From positions 17,009-81,008 of the forward strand of contig CAZVDP010000013.1 of assembly GCA_964625945.1 (NCBI GenBank): a stretch of 64,000 nt of DNA. Reading direction: 5' to 3'. Origin of the DNA: an uncultured Dehalococcoidia bacterium. Lineage in GTDB: Bacteria > Chloroflexota > Dehalococcoidia > Lucifugimonadales > UBA1127. The stretch's first letter is position 1. Each line of letters opens with the position of its first letter. The notes beneath the pieces were generated by a model that worked only from the letters and a program-made list of their open reading frames with translations, had not been told where the DNA came from and did no database searches. Below, piece after piece: positions 37,753-47,146 of the stretch. The translations under genes were made by a program, and so were the position numbers.

Positions 37753-38805
37753 TTGGCTCTTCTTCAAGTTCTACTGTTTAGGGCTTTAACGTTGGCATGT
37801 GTCCTCCTCTCTGTTCTGGTGCTTCTAGTTGTCATTCTTGGAACCACAGGGTTTTCCGACCGGATATTGTCTGGCGTCGTGGATGAGCAGATGCGAGGTA
37901 TGCGGCTTGGCCTTGCTCAGACTATCCGTGACCCGGAAAGATTAGAGGAAACACTCAAGACTCGGCGGTATGACCTTGAAGCCTTTTATGGTCTCAATCA
38001 ACCGTGGTATGCGCGATTGCCCGACACACTTTTCCGAGTTGTGACCCTGGACCTTGGAGAGGCTCGCACGTTGCGTAGCTTTGAAGGAAGTCCCAAAGTG
38101 TCTGACATCGTCTTGGATCGTGTGCCGAATACCATGCTGCTTCTAACAAGTTCGCTTGCGATTACATCTATAATCGGGTTGTTTGTAGGGGTGAAACTAG
38201 CGGCTCGAGTCGGGACTCTGTTTGACAGGACGATATCTTTCGTCGCAGCTGTTTCGTTTGCGTTGCCCGCCTGGTGGGCGGGTATACTCCTCATTCTGCT
38301 GTTGTCGTATCATTTAGACCTGCTACCGTCTGGCGGCATGTATAGTACACCTCCACCTGTTTCTGCGATCTCTCGTTTCCTTGACCTGCTCAAGCATGCG
38401 TTGTTGCCAATTATTACTTTGGTGTTAGTAAGTGTAGGGCCGTACCTTTATTCGGTTCGTACCATGACTCTAAATGTTGCGCAAGAGGATCATGTGACAG
38501 TAGCGCGGGTTAAGGGCATAGCAGAGAATTTAGTGCTACGACGTCACATTCTGCGAGTTGCGGCGCCTCCGATTGTAACAGGACTAATGTTTAGTTTTAT
38601 TGGTTCACTGAGTGGGTCGATTCTTGTTGAGACTGTGTTTAATTGGCAAGGTATGGGACGCTTAATCTTCGAGGCATTCGCTGGGACACCTGATGAATCA
38701 GTGATTGTCGCGTTAACATTTGTTTATACCCTTCTATACGTTATAGGGCGCTTTGTTTTGGAAGTGCTGTATTTGATTCTTGATCCCAGGGTTCGTTATA
38801 CATGA
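37753..38805 (+). CDS. ABC transporter permease (DppB/OppB-like)
   Basis: 350-aa ORF with TTG start; six TM segments; binding-protein-dependent transport signature region (VARVKGIAENLVLRRHILRVAAPPIV). Confidence 0.88.
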   Translation: MALLQVLLFRALTLACVLLSVLVLLVVILGTTGFSDRILSGVVDEQMRGMRLGLAQTIRDPERLEETLKTRRYDLEAFYGLNQPWYARLPDTLFRVVTLDLGEARTLRSFEGSPKVSDIVLDRVPNTMLLLTSSLAITSIIGLFVGVKLAARVGTLFDRTISFVAAVSFALPAWWAGILLILLLSYHLDLLPSGGMYSTPPPVSAISRFLDLLKHALLPIITLVLVSVGPYLYSVRTMTLNVAQEDHVTVARVKGIAENLVLRRHILRVAAPPIVTGLMFSFIGSLSGSILVETVFNWQGMGRLIFEAFAGTPDESVIVALTFVYTLLYVIGRFVLEVLYLILDPRVRYT

Positions 38806-40232
38806 ATGTTCGCTTATTAGACGCCTTAAGGATCCTAGTTAGGAGTGGCCCGGGTATTACGGGAATGGTATGTCTATTTTTCTTGCTCGCGATCTCAGGT
38901 TACGTTCTCGCGACGTATCCCCTAGACTTTGGAAGCAGTAAGTGGAGTAACCCGGCAGAATGGGCCGATTATCCTAAAGCTGTTCCTCCCGCTTGGATTG
39001 GAGCCATCCCAGGAACGCGCCACGTCGAACACCAAGTGATGACATTGTCATCACCGACCAATAGTGTCGAAAATGAGCACGAATATCGATTCCAAGTAAT
39101 CCAAAAGGGAGAGCAATTCCCGACGTTCGTTTCGGTCGCACTTTCAAACCTTCAATTTCGTGTTCGTCCACCCCTTGTTACGTTTGCTTTGGAGAGGCCG
39201 GATGGTAGGCGCTTGGTGCTGTATCGCCATGTAGCTCATGGTAAACGTCCAGACGAATCTTCTCCGACTGTCCGCTATAAAGAAGAGCCAATGCGTGTTC
39301 GACTAGATGGGGATCCATTGGTATTGGATAACCTAGCGCAATATCATACCCGTTGGTCTGGCGCCCAGTTGACCCCAATTGATCTTTCAGAATCCGGTCT
39401 AGGAACTGGCGCGATGTTTGGATCTTTCTTGCCAGGTGAAAAGAAATTTACTTCATTGACCGGTCGGTACGAGTTCATCCTTCGAGTCCAAGGCAAAGAT
39501 TCACAGGATACACTTGGGAAAGCAACTTTGGTTTTAGGCGGGTCTTCTTTTGGATTGATGGGAACTGATGCGATAGGAAGAGATTTGGCAGTGGGGTTAT
39601 TGTTTGGATTCCCAGTGGCATTGTTCATAGGTTTGATGGCATCAAGCTTAACCACCGCTGTGGGAACCACCCTTGGTATCCTCAGTGGGTATTGTGGTGG
39701 ATGGGTAGATATGGTTATCCAACGACTTTCAGATGTCGTTGCCAACATTCCTTTACTACCCATACTAATTTTCATGGTGTTCGTATTCGGATCTAACTTA
39801 ATGTTAATCATATTATTGTTGGTTGTATTCAGCTGGCCCGGATTGACCATCCTTGTCCGTTCCATGGTTTTGCAGTTGCGAACTGGACAATTTGTTGAAG
39901 CGAGTCGAGCATTGGGTGCGCCGTCTAGCCGCATTATGATACGTCATATATTCCCGCAAACGGCGCCGTTTGTATTTGCCCAAATGATCTTTTTCACGCC
40001 TGCGGCCATTCTGGCGGAGGCTGGTCTGAGTTTTCTAGGTTTGGGTGATCCTTCCATCCCGACTTGGGGGCAGATATTGGAGCAAGGTTTCCGCACAGGA
40101 GCGGTGTATGTTGGTTATTGGTGGTGGATTTTGCCGCCCGGGCTTTTGATTGTTGCAACGGCTATCACATTCGCGTTACTCGCGTTGGGCTTGGAGCCGG
40201 TTATAAACCCAAGACTACGGAGAACTCGATGA
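38802..40232 (+). CDS. ABC transporter permease (DppC/OppC-like) with ~210-aa extracytoplasmic insert after TM1
   Basis: 476-aa ORF; ATGA overlap with the previous gene; GTDAIGRDL motif only at residue ~255; EAS..LGAP...I.RHIFPQ signature. Confidence 0.88.
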   Translation: MNVRLLDALRILVRSGPGITGMVCLFFLLAISGYVLATYPLDFGSSKWSNPAEWADYPKAVPPAWIGAIPGTRHVEHQVMTLSSPTNSVENEHEYRFQVIQKGEQFPTFVSVALSNLQFRVRPPLVTFALERPDGRRLVLYRHVAHGKRPDESSPTVRYKEEPMRVRLDGDPLVLDNLAQYHTRWSGAQLTPIDLSESGLGTGAMFGSFLPGEKKFTSLTGRYEFILRVQGKDSQDTLGKATLVLGGSSFGLMGTDAIGRDLAVGLLFGFPVALFIGLMASSLTTAVGTTLGILSGYCGGWVDMVIQRLSDVVANIPLLPILIFMVFVFGSNLMLIILLLVVFSWPGLTILVRSMVLQLRTGQFVEASRALGAPSSRIMIRHIFPQTAPFVFAQMIFFTPAAILAEAGLSFLGLGDPSIPTWGQILEQGFRTGAVYVGYWWWILPPGLLIVATAITFALLALGLEPVINPRLRRTR

Positions 40233-41233
40233 ATCCATTGTTAGAAGTTCGAAACCTCATCTTGGAATACGGAACGGAACGAGGCGTGCTCAGAGCAGTT
40301 GATAACGTGTCGTTTAGTGTAGGTAATGGACAGGCATTGGGAGTAGTGGGTGAATCTGGGAGTGGGAAAAGTAGTTTGGCCTTGGCTCTCCTGCGATCCC
40401 TTCCTAGCAATACAGCGGACTATCAGGGCTCAATTCGTCTTGATGGAACGGAACTTATGTCATTGAGTGACCACGAATTCAGGAGGATGATTAGATGGAA
40501 TAGGATTTCGATGGTGTTCCAAGGGGCGATGAATGCTCTGAATCCTGTATTGAAAGTAGGATTCCAGATAGCTGAGCCTTTGTTTGAAGAGCGACGATAC
40601 AGTAAACGGGAAGCGAGTGAGCGCGTAGACACTGTTCTCGAGATGGTTGGACTTCCGTCGACGACATCCCAGCGCTATCCACATGAATTGAGTGGTGGCA
40701 TGAAACAGCGCGTGGTGATCGCCATGGCTTTGGTGCAATTCCCAGACTTGATCGTCTTGGATGAACCCACTTCGGCATTAGACGTTAGCGTACAAGCTCA
40801 AATTACGAACCTTCTGAAACGTCTTAAGAAAGATCTAGGACTGTCATTTATATTCATCACACACGACATCGCTTTAGCTACAGACTTGTGTGACCATTTG
40901 GCTGTGATATATGGTGGGCAGGTTGTAGAGGTAGGCAGCATGGATAGAATCCTTACCGATCCTCGTCATCCGTATACCGAAAGACTCTTGGCGAGTGTGC
41001 CGAGACTACATTCTCCCTTTCCCCCGGCATTCATACCGGGTTTTCCACCAGACCTGATTCGTCCTCCAGCGGGGTGTCGGTTTCAGCCTCGGTGTGCTCG
41101 GGCGATTGAAGTGTGTTCAGTTGACACTCCGCCAATGTTTTGGGCAGGCTCTTCAGAAGGTTCGCGATGTTGGCTAACCGAAGATGCAGCGTCCGATTCT
41201 CATGTGTTATGTAAAGACGTCGAACAGGAATAG
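40229..41233 (+). CDS. ABC transporter ATP-binding protein (DppD/OppD-like)
   Basis: The track ORF starts at 40064, but ATG 40229 (MNPLLEVRNL) gives an ATGA overlap with the permease stop. Walker A GESGSGKS, LSGGMKQR, Walker B LIVLDEPTSALD. C-terminal oligopeptide-ATPase Cys motif. Confidence 0.9.
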   Translation: MNPLLEVRNLILEYGTERGVLRAVDNVSFSVGNGQALGVVGESGSGKSSLALALLRSLPSNTADYQGSIRLDGTELMSLSDHEFRRMIRWNRISMVFQGAMNALNPVLKVGFQIAEPLFEERRYSKREASERVDTVLEMVGLPSTTSQRYPHELSGGMKQRVVIAMALVQFPDLIVLDEPTSALDVSVQAQITNLLKRLKKDLGLSFIFITHDIALATDLCDHLAVIYGGQVVEVGSMDRILTDPRHPYTERLLASVPRLHSPFPPAFIPGFPPDLIRPPAGCRFQPRCARAIEVCSVDTPPMFWAGSSEGSRCWLTEDAASDSHVLCKDVEQE

Positions 41234-41235
41234 CT

Positions 41236-41258
41236 CTCTAGATATGTAGTTTCTAGAG
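41236..41258. terminator. candidate bidirectional terminator hairpin between convergent genes
   Basis: 7-bp inverted repeat CTCTAGA-9 nt-TCTAGAG, directly after the ATPase stop and before the apt stop. Weak. Confidence 0.3.
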
Positions 41259-41276
41259 CGATTCTGGATAGTGGCA

Positions 41277-41792
41277 TCATACTCTGATAAGAGACTCGAT
41301 GCGAAGGTCTCGGATTTTCTCGCGCCCACGTAATTCGCCAATTTCAATGAGTACTCCAATCCCCGCAACTGAAGCGCCCGATTGCTTGATTAAATCGATG
41401 CTAGCCTCCACAGTCCCACCTGTTGCTAGTACATCGTCGATAATTAACACACTGTCGTCCGGACCAATCGCATCCTGGTGCATTTCCATATGGGCACCTG
41501 AACCATATTCAAGTGAATATGCCGTGCCGTATGTAGGTGCCGGCAACTTGCCAGATTTCCGAATTGGCACAAAACCAACGTTCAAAAGTAGGGCTAGTGG
41601 AGCGCCGATCACGAATCCTCGAGCCTCCACCCCAACGACTTTATCAACCGTTAGATCGGCAAATTGGTCCAGGAACGAGTGTATAACAAACGAGAAAGCT
41701 GCCGGGTCTTTGAGGATGGGGGTAATGTCTTTAAAAAGGATACCTTTCTCTGGAAAATCCGGTACGTTCCGAATGTAACGCGTTAGGTCCAT
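41277..41792 (-). CDS. apt: adenine phosphoribosyltransferase
   Basis: 171-aa ORF; PDFPEKGILFKDITP...VLIIDDVLATGGT motifs. Confidence 0.92.
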   Translation of the reverse strand: MDLTRYIRNVPDFPEKGILFKDITPILKDPAAFSFVIHSFLDQFADLTVDKVVGVEARGFVIGAPLALLLNVGFVPIRKSGKLPAPTYGTAYSLEYGSGAHMEMHQDAIGPDDSVLIIDDVLATGGTVEASIDLIKQSGASVAGIGVLIEIGELRGREKIRDLRIESLIRV

Positions 41793-41871
41793 TGTTCCTC
41801 ACTTCTTCTACGTTGATTCCCTATGTTGTCCAGAGATTCTCGGAACGATGCATAGAGTGTAATGACAGTGT

Positions 41872-42852
41872 TTACCTCGGATATAAATGGCATGCTGTTT
41901 CGTGATCTGTCTCAATTTCTGAGAGTTGTGGCTTAAGGATATTACAAAGTCCTGGAATCGCTTCAGGGCATCGAGTGTGGAATTGGCAGCCTGGTGGAAT
42001 ATTGAGGGAACTTGGTATCTCACCCGGCACAACTTTTCGTTCAGCTAAGCGATTCAAAGGATCTGGTTCTGGCACTGATTCGATTAGTGCTTGTGTATAG
42101 GGATGTAGTGGTCTTTCAATAATCCTAGACGGTGGTCCTATCTCTACGATATTGCCGAGGTACATTACTGCCAGCTTATTGGCGAAGTGTCGCACCGTCG
42201 CAATGTCGTGGGTAATATACAGGACACTTATCTGAGACTCATTTTGAAGATCGCGGAGCAGATCAAGTATCTCAGCGCGACTCGACGCGTCGACCATAGA
42301 GACTGGTTCGTCTGCCACCACAAATTCGGGTTGTAGCATAAGTGCGCGAGCGATCCCAACGCGCTGTCGCATCCCGCCAGAAAGCATATGAGGGTATCTA
42401 TCCATATAGTTTCCTGGCGGGGTTAAATGAACGCTGGCAAGAGCATCGTTGATCCGATCCTTGTGTTCACCGATGCCATGGATCAACAATGGCTCTTCTA
42501 GGATTTGGTAAACATTCATAAAGGGATCAATACTGGAGTATGGATCTTGGAAGATAAACTGTGCTCGTTTGCGGAACCACTTGAGTTTGGATTCCGGGTA
42601 GTTTGTGATATCGTGCCCATCGAATTCTATGTGTCCTGACTTTACGTCTATCAACCTAAGAGACGCTCTTCCCAATGTGGTCTTGCCGCTGCCAGATTCT
42701 CCTACGAGAGCCATTGTTTCGCCTCTCTCAAGACTGAGGGAGACACCATCAACTGCCCGTACGGGCAGGGATCGAAACAATCGTCTACGTACTGTGAACT
42801 CGACTTGGATGTCACTTAGTTGTAGGAGTGCGGGCATAGAGTCACCGGTCAC
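41872..42852 (-). CDS. ABC transporter ATP-binding protein (DppF/OppF-like)
   Basis: 326-aa ORF (GTG 42852, or ATG 42837); Walker A GESGSGKT, LSGGMRQR, Walker B FVVADEPVSMVD. Confidence 0.9.
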   Translation of the reverse strand: MTGDSMPALLQLSDIQVEFTVRRRLFRSLPVRAVDGVSLSLERGETMALVGESGSGKTTLGRASLRLIDVKSGHIEFDGHDITNYPESKLKWFRKRAQFIFQDPYSSIDPFMNVYQILEEPLLIHGIGEHKDRINDALASVHLTPPGNYMDRYPHMLSGGMRQRVGIARALMLQPEFVVADEPVSMVDASSRAEILDLLRDLQNESQISVLYITHDIATVRHFANKLAVMYLGNIVEIGPPSRIIERPLHPYTQALIESVPEPDPLNRLAERKVVPGEIPSSLNIPPGCQFHTRCPEAIPGLCNILKPQLSEIETDHETACHLYPR

Positions 42853-42857
42853 TGTTC

Positions 42858-42904
42858 TGGTACTTGCGAAGATACTCTGCTCGGCACCGTCTTCGCAAGT
42901 ACCA
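42858..42904. repeat. perfect 15-bp inverted repeat with 17-nt spacer
   Basis: TGGTACTTGCGAAGA (42858-42872) and TCTTCGCAAGTACCA (42890-42904). Lies 6 nt upstream of the GTG of the OppF-like gene, in a divergent intergenic region. Confidence 0.8.
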
Positions 42905-42982
42905 TTCTATGCCTTGTCACAGAGGACTTGATGTGGTGTTACAATGTGCGGGCAACTAGGTTCCCGTGAATGAAGGAAAAAA

Positions 42983-44008
42983 ATGGCTTTGAAATTGGTT
43001 GTAAGTGGGCTAGTAGTGTCGACTTTGGCCCTTGCCATTGGCTTTGGGCTAGGATATCTAGTTTACCAGCCTCAAATTCATTCTTTGGAAGCAACGGTTG
43101 GAGAACGGGACATTTCTACTGCTAAGACAGCCTCACGACTGTCAAGGCAAAATTCCGCAGTTGCAGAACTGCAAGTGCAACTTCGGTCTGTACGTGTTGA
43201 AGAGGAACGACTCACACAGGTGCTCAATGACCGATCCCAAGCATTGTCCGAGATTCGTCCCAGACTCGCTCGGTCAGAGGATAGTAGTCGCGTAGCGCGT
43301 TTGGAACTCTCACTCAAAGATAAAGAGCTCGAGGCACGTGAAAGAAGAATTGCCGAGCTTCAGGTAACTGGAGACTTGTATCTATCTGAGCGAGATGATT
43401 TGGTCACCGCCTTCGCTGTCCAGAAGGAGATTACTCGGATATTTGATGAGTCTGTAAAGCCGATCTTGGGTGACGGTGCATTGCTGGCCCAGCGAGGGGT
43501 CAATGCATCGGACAGCCAAAACTACGGCAACAGTGCGATCTTTTTCAAAGCCGCGTCAGATGCATTTCTCGAAGCGAAAAATCCAGTTGGCAAGCTAGCA
43601 CTGAAGAATCAACAGTTGGTGTTACTAATCCCAACTGATATGCGGGAAACGTTTATTCTCACACAACGCCGTGCTAAAGCGAATACATTTGTCGTCAAGG
43701 CGCGGTCGGCTGAGTATGCTGCAGCTGCAAAACTCTACCGCGTTTTAGACCAATGGCAACCACTTGAGGAAGGGGACGTCCCAACAGATGAGCAAGCGCT
43801 GCGATGGAAGAGATGGGTAACAGAGGCGGAATTACAAATCGAGCAAGCGATGTCTTATCTTGATGAAGCTACGGATTGGGCTCCAGCCCTCTGGCAAGAG
43901 TTTGAAGCGCAACGTATCGATATTCGTGTGTGGCGAAACCTAGCTGATGGGATTCGTGGGGCCATATTAGAAGAGCTGGAGCCAATTGGGACAACGTCTA
44001 CCGGATAG
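42983..44008 (+). CDS. hypothetical N-terminally anchored coiled-coil protein
   Basis: 341-aa ORF; N-terminal TM helix (LVVSGLVVSTLALAIGFGLGYLV), coiled coil, helical C-terminal domain. Same architecture as the 31663..32427 product. Confidence 0.6.
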   Translation: MALKLVVSGLVVSTLALAIGFGLGYLVYQPQIHSLEATVGERDISTAKTASRLSRQNSAVAELQVQLRSVRVEEERLTQVLNDRSQALSEIRPRLARSEDSSRVARLELSLKDKELEARERRIAELQVTGDLYLSERDDLVTAFAVQKEITRIFDESVKPILGDGALLAQRGVNASDSQNYGNSAIFFKAASDAFLEAKNPVGKLALKNQQLVLLIPTDMRETFILTQRRAKANTFVVKARSAEYAAAAKLYRVLDQWQPLEEGDVPTDEQALRWKRWVTEAELQIEQAMSYLDEATDWAPALWQEFEAQRIDIRVWRNLADGIRGAILEELEPIGTTSTG

Positions 44009-44732
44009 CGAACCTACGGGTCTCTGCCAGTTTCAGTTGCGGTGCTATCATTTCAATGTTTCCCTTTTCGACCCTCAGGCTCATCACATTTGCCATCTCT
44101 TCTTCTAGGTACTGGATTACGGATGGAAGATCCACTTTGTACCCTAGTTCCTGTTCTAGAGATGTCATCGTGCAATCTTCAAGCCCGCAAGGGATAATTT
44201 GGTCGAAGAATTGCAAATCCGTGTTGACGTTTAGTGCAAATCCGTGGCTCGTGATTCCTCTACTTATCCGTAGACCTATGGACGCGATTTTGCGTATGTC
44301 GCCTTTCTGCTTTATCCATACACCAGTCTTTCCTGGTACTACCATTGCATCAAGATCAAGCCGACGTACTACTGCAACTAGAACATCCTCAAGTTGACGG
44401 ACAAACTGGAGAGGACCGCCAAACTGACGAATACCAAAAATCGTGTACCCCACTAACTGGCCGGGTCCGTGATAGGTTGTTTCTCCGCCTCTATCCACCT
44501 CAATGATTGGAATACTCGACTCTGTAAGGCTTGATGACGATGCGAGGACGTCGGCAATACTAATTCTTCGGCCGACTGTGTACACGTGAGGGTGTTCGAC
44601 CAAGAGCAATGTGTCGCCAATTTCTTCTTCAGCCCGTTGATGCACTAAGACCTTTTGAAGTTCCCAACCAAGAACGTAATCGATCGTTCCCACTTGGTAT
44701 TCGGCGCAATGGAATCTGTGCTTAGTGGCCAC
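43998..44732 (-). CDS. lipB: lipoyl(octanoyl) transferase
   Basis: Track ORF extends to 44852, overlapping the E2 gene by ~100 nt. LipB homology (VEHPHVYTVGRR, RGGETTYHGPGQLVGY, KIASIG) begins near GTG 44732. Start uncertain; ATG 44804 is also possible. Confidence 0.8.
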   Translation of the reverse strand: MATKHRFHCAEYQVGTIDYVLGWELQKVLVHQRAEEEIGDTLLLVEHPHVYTVGRRISIADVLASSSSLTESSIPIIEVDRGGETTYHGPGQLVGYTIFGIRQFGGPLQFVRQLEDVLVAVVRRLDLDAMVVPGKTGVWIKQKGDIRKIASIGLRISRGITSHGFALNVNTDLQFFDQIIPCGLEDCTMTSLEQELGYKVDLPSVIQYLEEEMANVMSLRVEKGNIEMIAPQLKLAETRRFAIR

Positions 44733-44754
44733 AACTTGGTGTTGGTGGATCGTC

Positions 44755-46143
44755 CTAGTAGATGATGGTACGGTCGTCAATAGCCTCCAATCGACGTTTG
44801 ACATTCTGTAGGAAAGATACAGAATCATTCCCGTCCATAACACGATGGTCAAAACTAAGGCACACGTTCATCATGCTACGGATAAAAATACCTTCTCCTA
44901 TTACTACGGGCCGTTTGACGATGGCCTCAGTGGTTAAGATAGCTACTTGGGGATGGTTAATGATTGGTTGCGAGGCAACTGTGCCGAGCGCCCCGGTGTT
45001 GTTAAATGTGAACGTTCCTCCCTGAACGTCTTCTAGGCGCAACTTGTCTTCTCGGGCGCGTTGGACAACCTCGCTTATAGCTCGGGCCAAGCCAGCAACA
45101 GAATATTGATCTGCGTTATGGATGACTGGCACTACAAGACCTTTTGATGCTGCCACGGCGATACCGATGTTAACACGGTGTAACAGTGCGATATGATCAC
45201 TTCCCCATCGCGAGTTTACTAAAGGATTCTCTTTGATTGCCTGCACTACGGCTTGTACGGCAAATGGTAAATAGGTTAGATCAATGCCTTCTTGCCGCTT
45301 AAATTCTTCCTTAACTCGTTGTCGAAGGTTTACCATGCCGGTTACATCCACTTCTGTAAGACTCCAGGCCACAGGGATTTCCAAGGCGCGAGTCATGTTC
45401 TCGGCTATTCGGCGACGGATATTGCTAAGAGGAACCTTCGTTTCATCTTGTCTGGGTTGTGCGGTGTCTTGCGGGGTTAAATCCACGATTGAGCGGGTTG
45501 GTTCTGTGGTGCGCTTTTCAATATATTTGAGTAAGTCTATCTTGGTGACTCGCCCCGATAATCCGCTCCCGTTGAGATTGGACAGCTCGTCAAAGGAGAT
45601 GTCGTGTTCGGCCGCGAGTTTCTGCACAACTGGTGATAGTCTGATGTTACGGTTTCCTTGGGAAGAAGTAGACGTATTTGAAGACGACGCCTCGACCTGG
45701 TCTTTCCTCGCCACCTCTTCGTTGGAGGTGGCGGTATCACTTGCCGGTCCCATCCCGAATAATCCAAACAGTTCACCTTTCTGTTCGATCAGCCCGCCGA
45801 CTGTGTTCGGAGTTGGTTGGGAAGTTCGTTCCTCTTGAGGTGAGGGAATTGTTGTCTTGTCGTGGCTAGTCACTTCAGTGGCAGGGGATAAAGAGACTGC
45901 GTCTTCTGTTTCCATTTCACAGATGGGCGCACCCATCGCTACCGTTGAACCTTCTTCGACCAGGATGGATCCCAACGTGCCGTTCATAGGAGAAGGAACC
46001 TCCATTGTAACCTTGTCTGTTTCTACTTCTACTAACGGATCGTATTTCGCTATTTTATCGCCTGGTTTCTTCAACCATTTTTGGATAGTACCTTCTGTTG
46101 TAGTTTCACCGACTTGTGGGAGGTCAATGGTAGTCTTAGCCAT
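44755..46143 (-). CDS. 2-oxoacid dehydrogenase complex E2 (dihydrolipoamide acyltransferase)
   Basis: 462-aa ORF; lipoyl domain (VEVETDKVTMEVPSP), E3/E1-binding domain (RLSPVVQKLAAEHDI), catalytic domain (SFDHRVMDG). Confidence 0.9.
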   Translation of the reverse strand: MAKTTIDLPQVGETTTEGTIQKWLKKPGDKIAKYDPLVEVETDKVTMEVPSPMNGTLGSILVEEGSTVAMGAPICEMETEDAVSLSPATEVTSHDKTTIPSPQEERTSQPTPNTVGGLIEQKGELFGLFGMGPASDTATSNEEVARKDQVEASSSNTSTSSQGNRNIRLSPVVQKLAAEHDISFDELSNLNGSGLSGRVTKIDLLKYIEKRTTEPTRSIVDLTPQDTAQPRQDETKVPLSNIRRRIAENMTRALEIPVAWSLTEVDVTGMVNLRQRVKEEFKRQEGIDLTYLPFAVQAVVQAIKENPLVNSRWGSDHIALLHRVNIGIAVAASKGLVVPVIHNADQYSVAGLARAISEVVQRAREDKLRLEDVQGGTFTFNNTGALGTVASQPIINHPQVAILTTEAIVKRPVVIGEGIFIRSMMNVCLSFDHRVMDGNDSVSFLQNVKRRLEAIDDRTIIY

Positions 46144-46160
46144 CTCGCATTTTCCTTAGT

Positions 46161-47144
46161 TTAGTATGCTGCTAGCTCTCTGAGAGACGCGGCTATCTTC
46201 TCTGGGTTTGGCATAAAAGCATCTTCAAGGGTGGGCGCAAACCCCATCGCGGGCACATCGGGTCCGCAAAGCCGCTTGATTGGTGCGTCGAGCTCGGTGA
46301 AAGCATCTTCAGCGATTATCGCAGCGACTTCCGAGCCAACTCCTCCTGTGAGGTTGTCTTCGTGAACGATTAGCACTTTGCCAGTTTTCGTTACCGAAGA
46401 AACGACTGTGTCTCGGTCGATGGGTTTCACTGATCGAAGATCGACGACTTCCACAGATATTCCTTCCTGTTGCAGAATCTCTGCTGCTTGAAGACTGTAA
46501 TGCATCATGAGGCCATAACTTACTACTGTGATCATATTCCCGGCTCTTTTGATATCTGCTACACCGATGGGTATTGTGTAATCTTCGTCGGGCACGTCTC
46601 CACGTGCTTGCCGGTATGTTCGTTTGTGCTCTAGAAAGAGGCAAGGATCATCGTCGCGTATGGCTGCCTTGAGTAGTCCTTTTGCGTCGTACGGTGTAGC
46701 AGGACACAGGACTTTCAGTCCCGGGGTATGGAAGAAAAATCCTTCTGGGCTTTGGGAGTGGTACAGTCCGCCACGGACACCCCCGCCGTATGGAGCTCGA
46801 ACAACAAGTGGACAGCCCACTGTGCCGTTTGTGCCATAGCGAATTCGCGCTGCCTCTCCAGTTAGCTGATTGACCACAGGCCAAATAAAATCAGAGAATT
46901 GAATCTCTGCAATAGGACGCATGCCGTTTAGTGCGGCTCCAACAGCCACACCTACTATCGACGCTTCTGCCAATGGAGTGTCGATTACGCGCTGCTCTCC
47001 AAACTCATCTAGGAAACCCTCCGTCGCGAGGAATACTCCCCCTCTCGCTGCGACATCTTCTCCCATTAAGAAAACCGACGGATCGCGGTGCATTTCCTCT
47101 AACATGGCTTCTCGGATAGCTTGGATAAGAACTTTCTCGGCCAT
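46161..47144 (-). CDS. 2-oxoacid dehydrogenase E1 component, beta subunit
   Basis: 327-aa ORF; transketolase-like pyrimidine-binding and C-terminal domains (GEDVAARGGVF, DTPLAE, IQFSDF). Confidence 0.92.
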   Translation of the reverse strand: MAEKVLIQAIREAMLEEMHRDPSVFLMGEDVAARGGVFLATEGFLDEFGEQRVIDTPLAEASIVGVAVGAALNGMRPIAEIQFSDFIWPVVNQLTGEAARIRYGTNGTVGCPLVVRAPYGGGVRGGLYHSQSPEGFFFHTPGLKVLCPATPYDAKGLLKAAIRDDDPCLFLEHKRTYRQARGDVPDEDYTIPIGVADIKRAGNMITVVSYGLMMHYSLQAAEILQQEGISVEVVDLRSVKPIDRDTVVSSVTKTGKVLIVHEDNLTGGVGSEVAAIIAEDAFTELDAPIKRLCGPDVPAMGFAPTLEDAFMPNPEKIAASLRELAAY

Positions 47145-47146
47145 AC

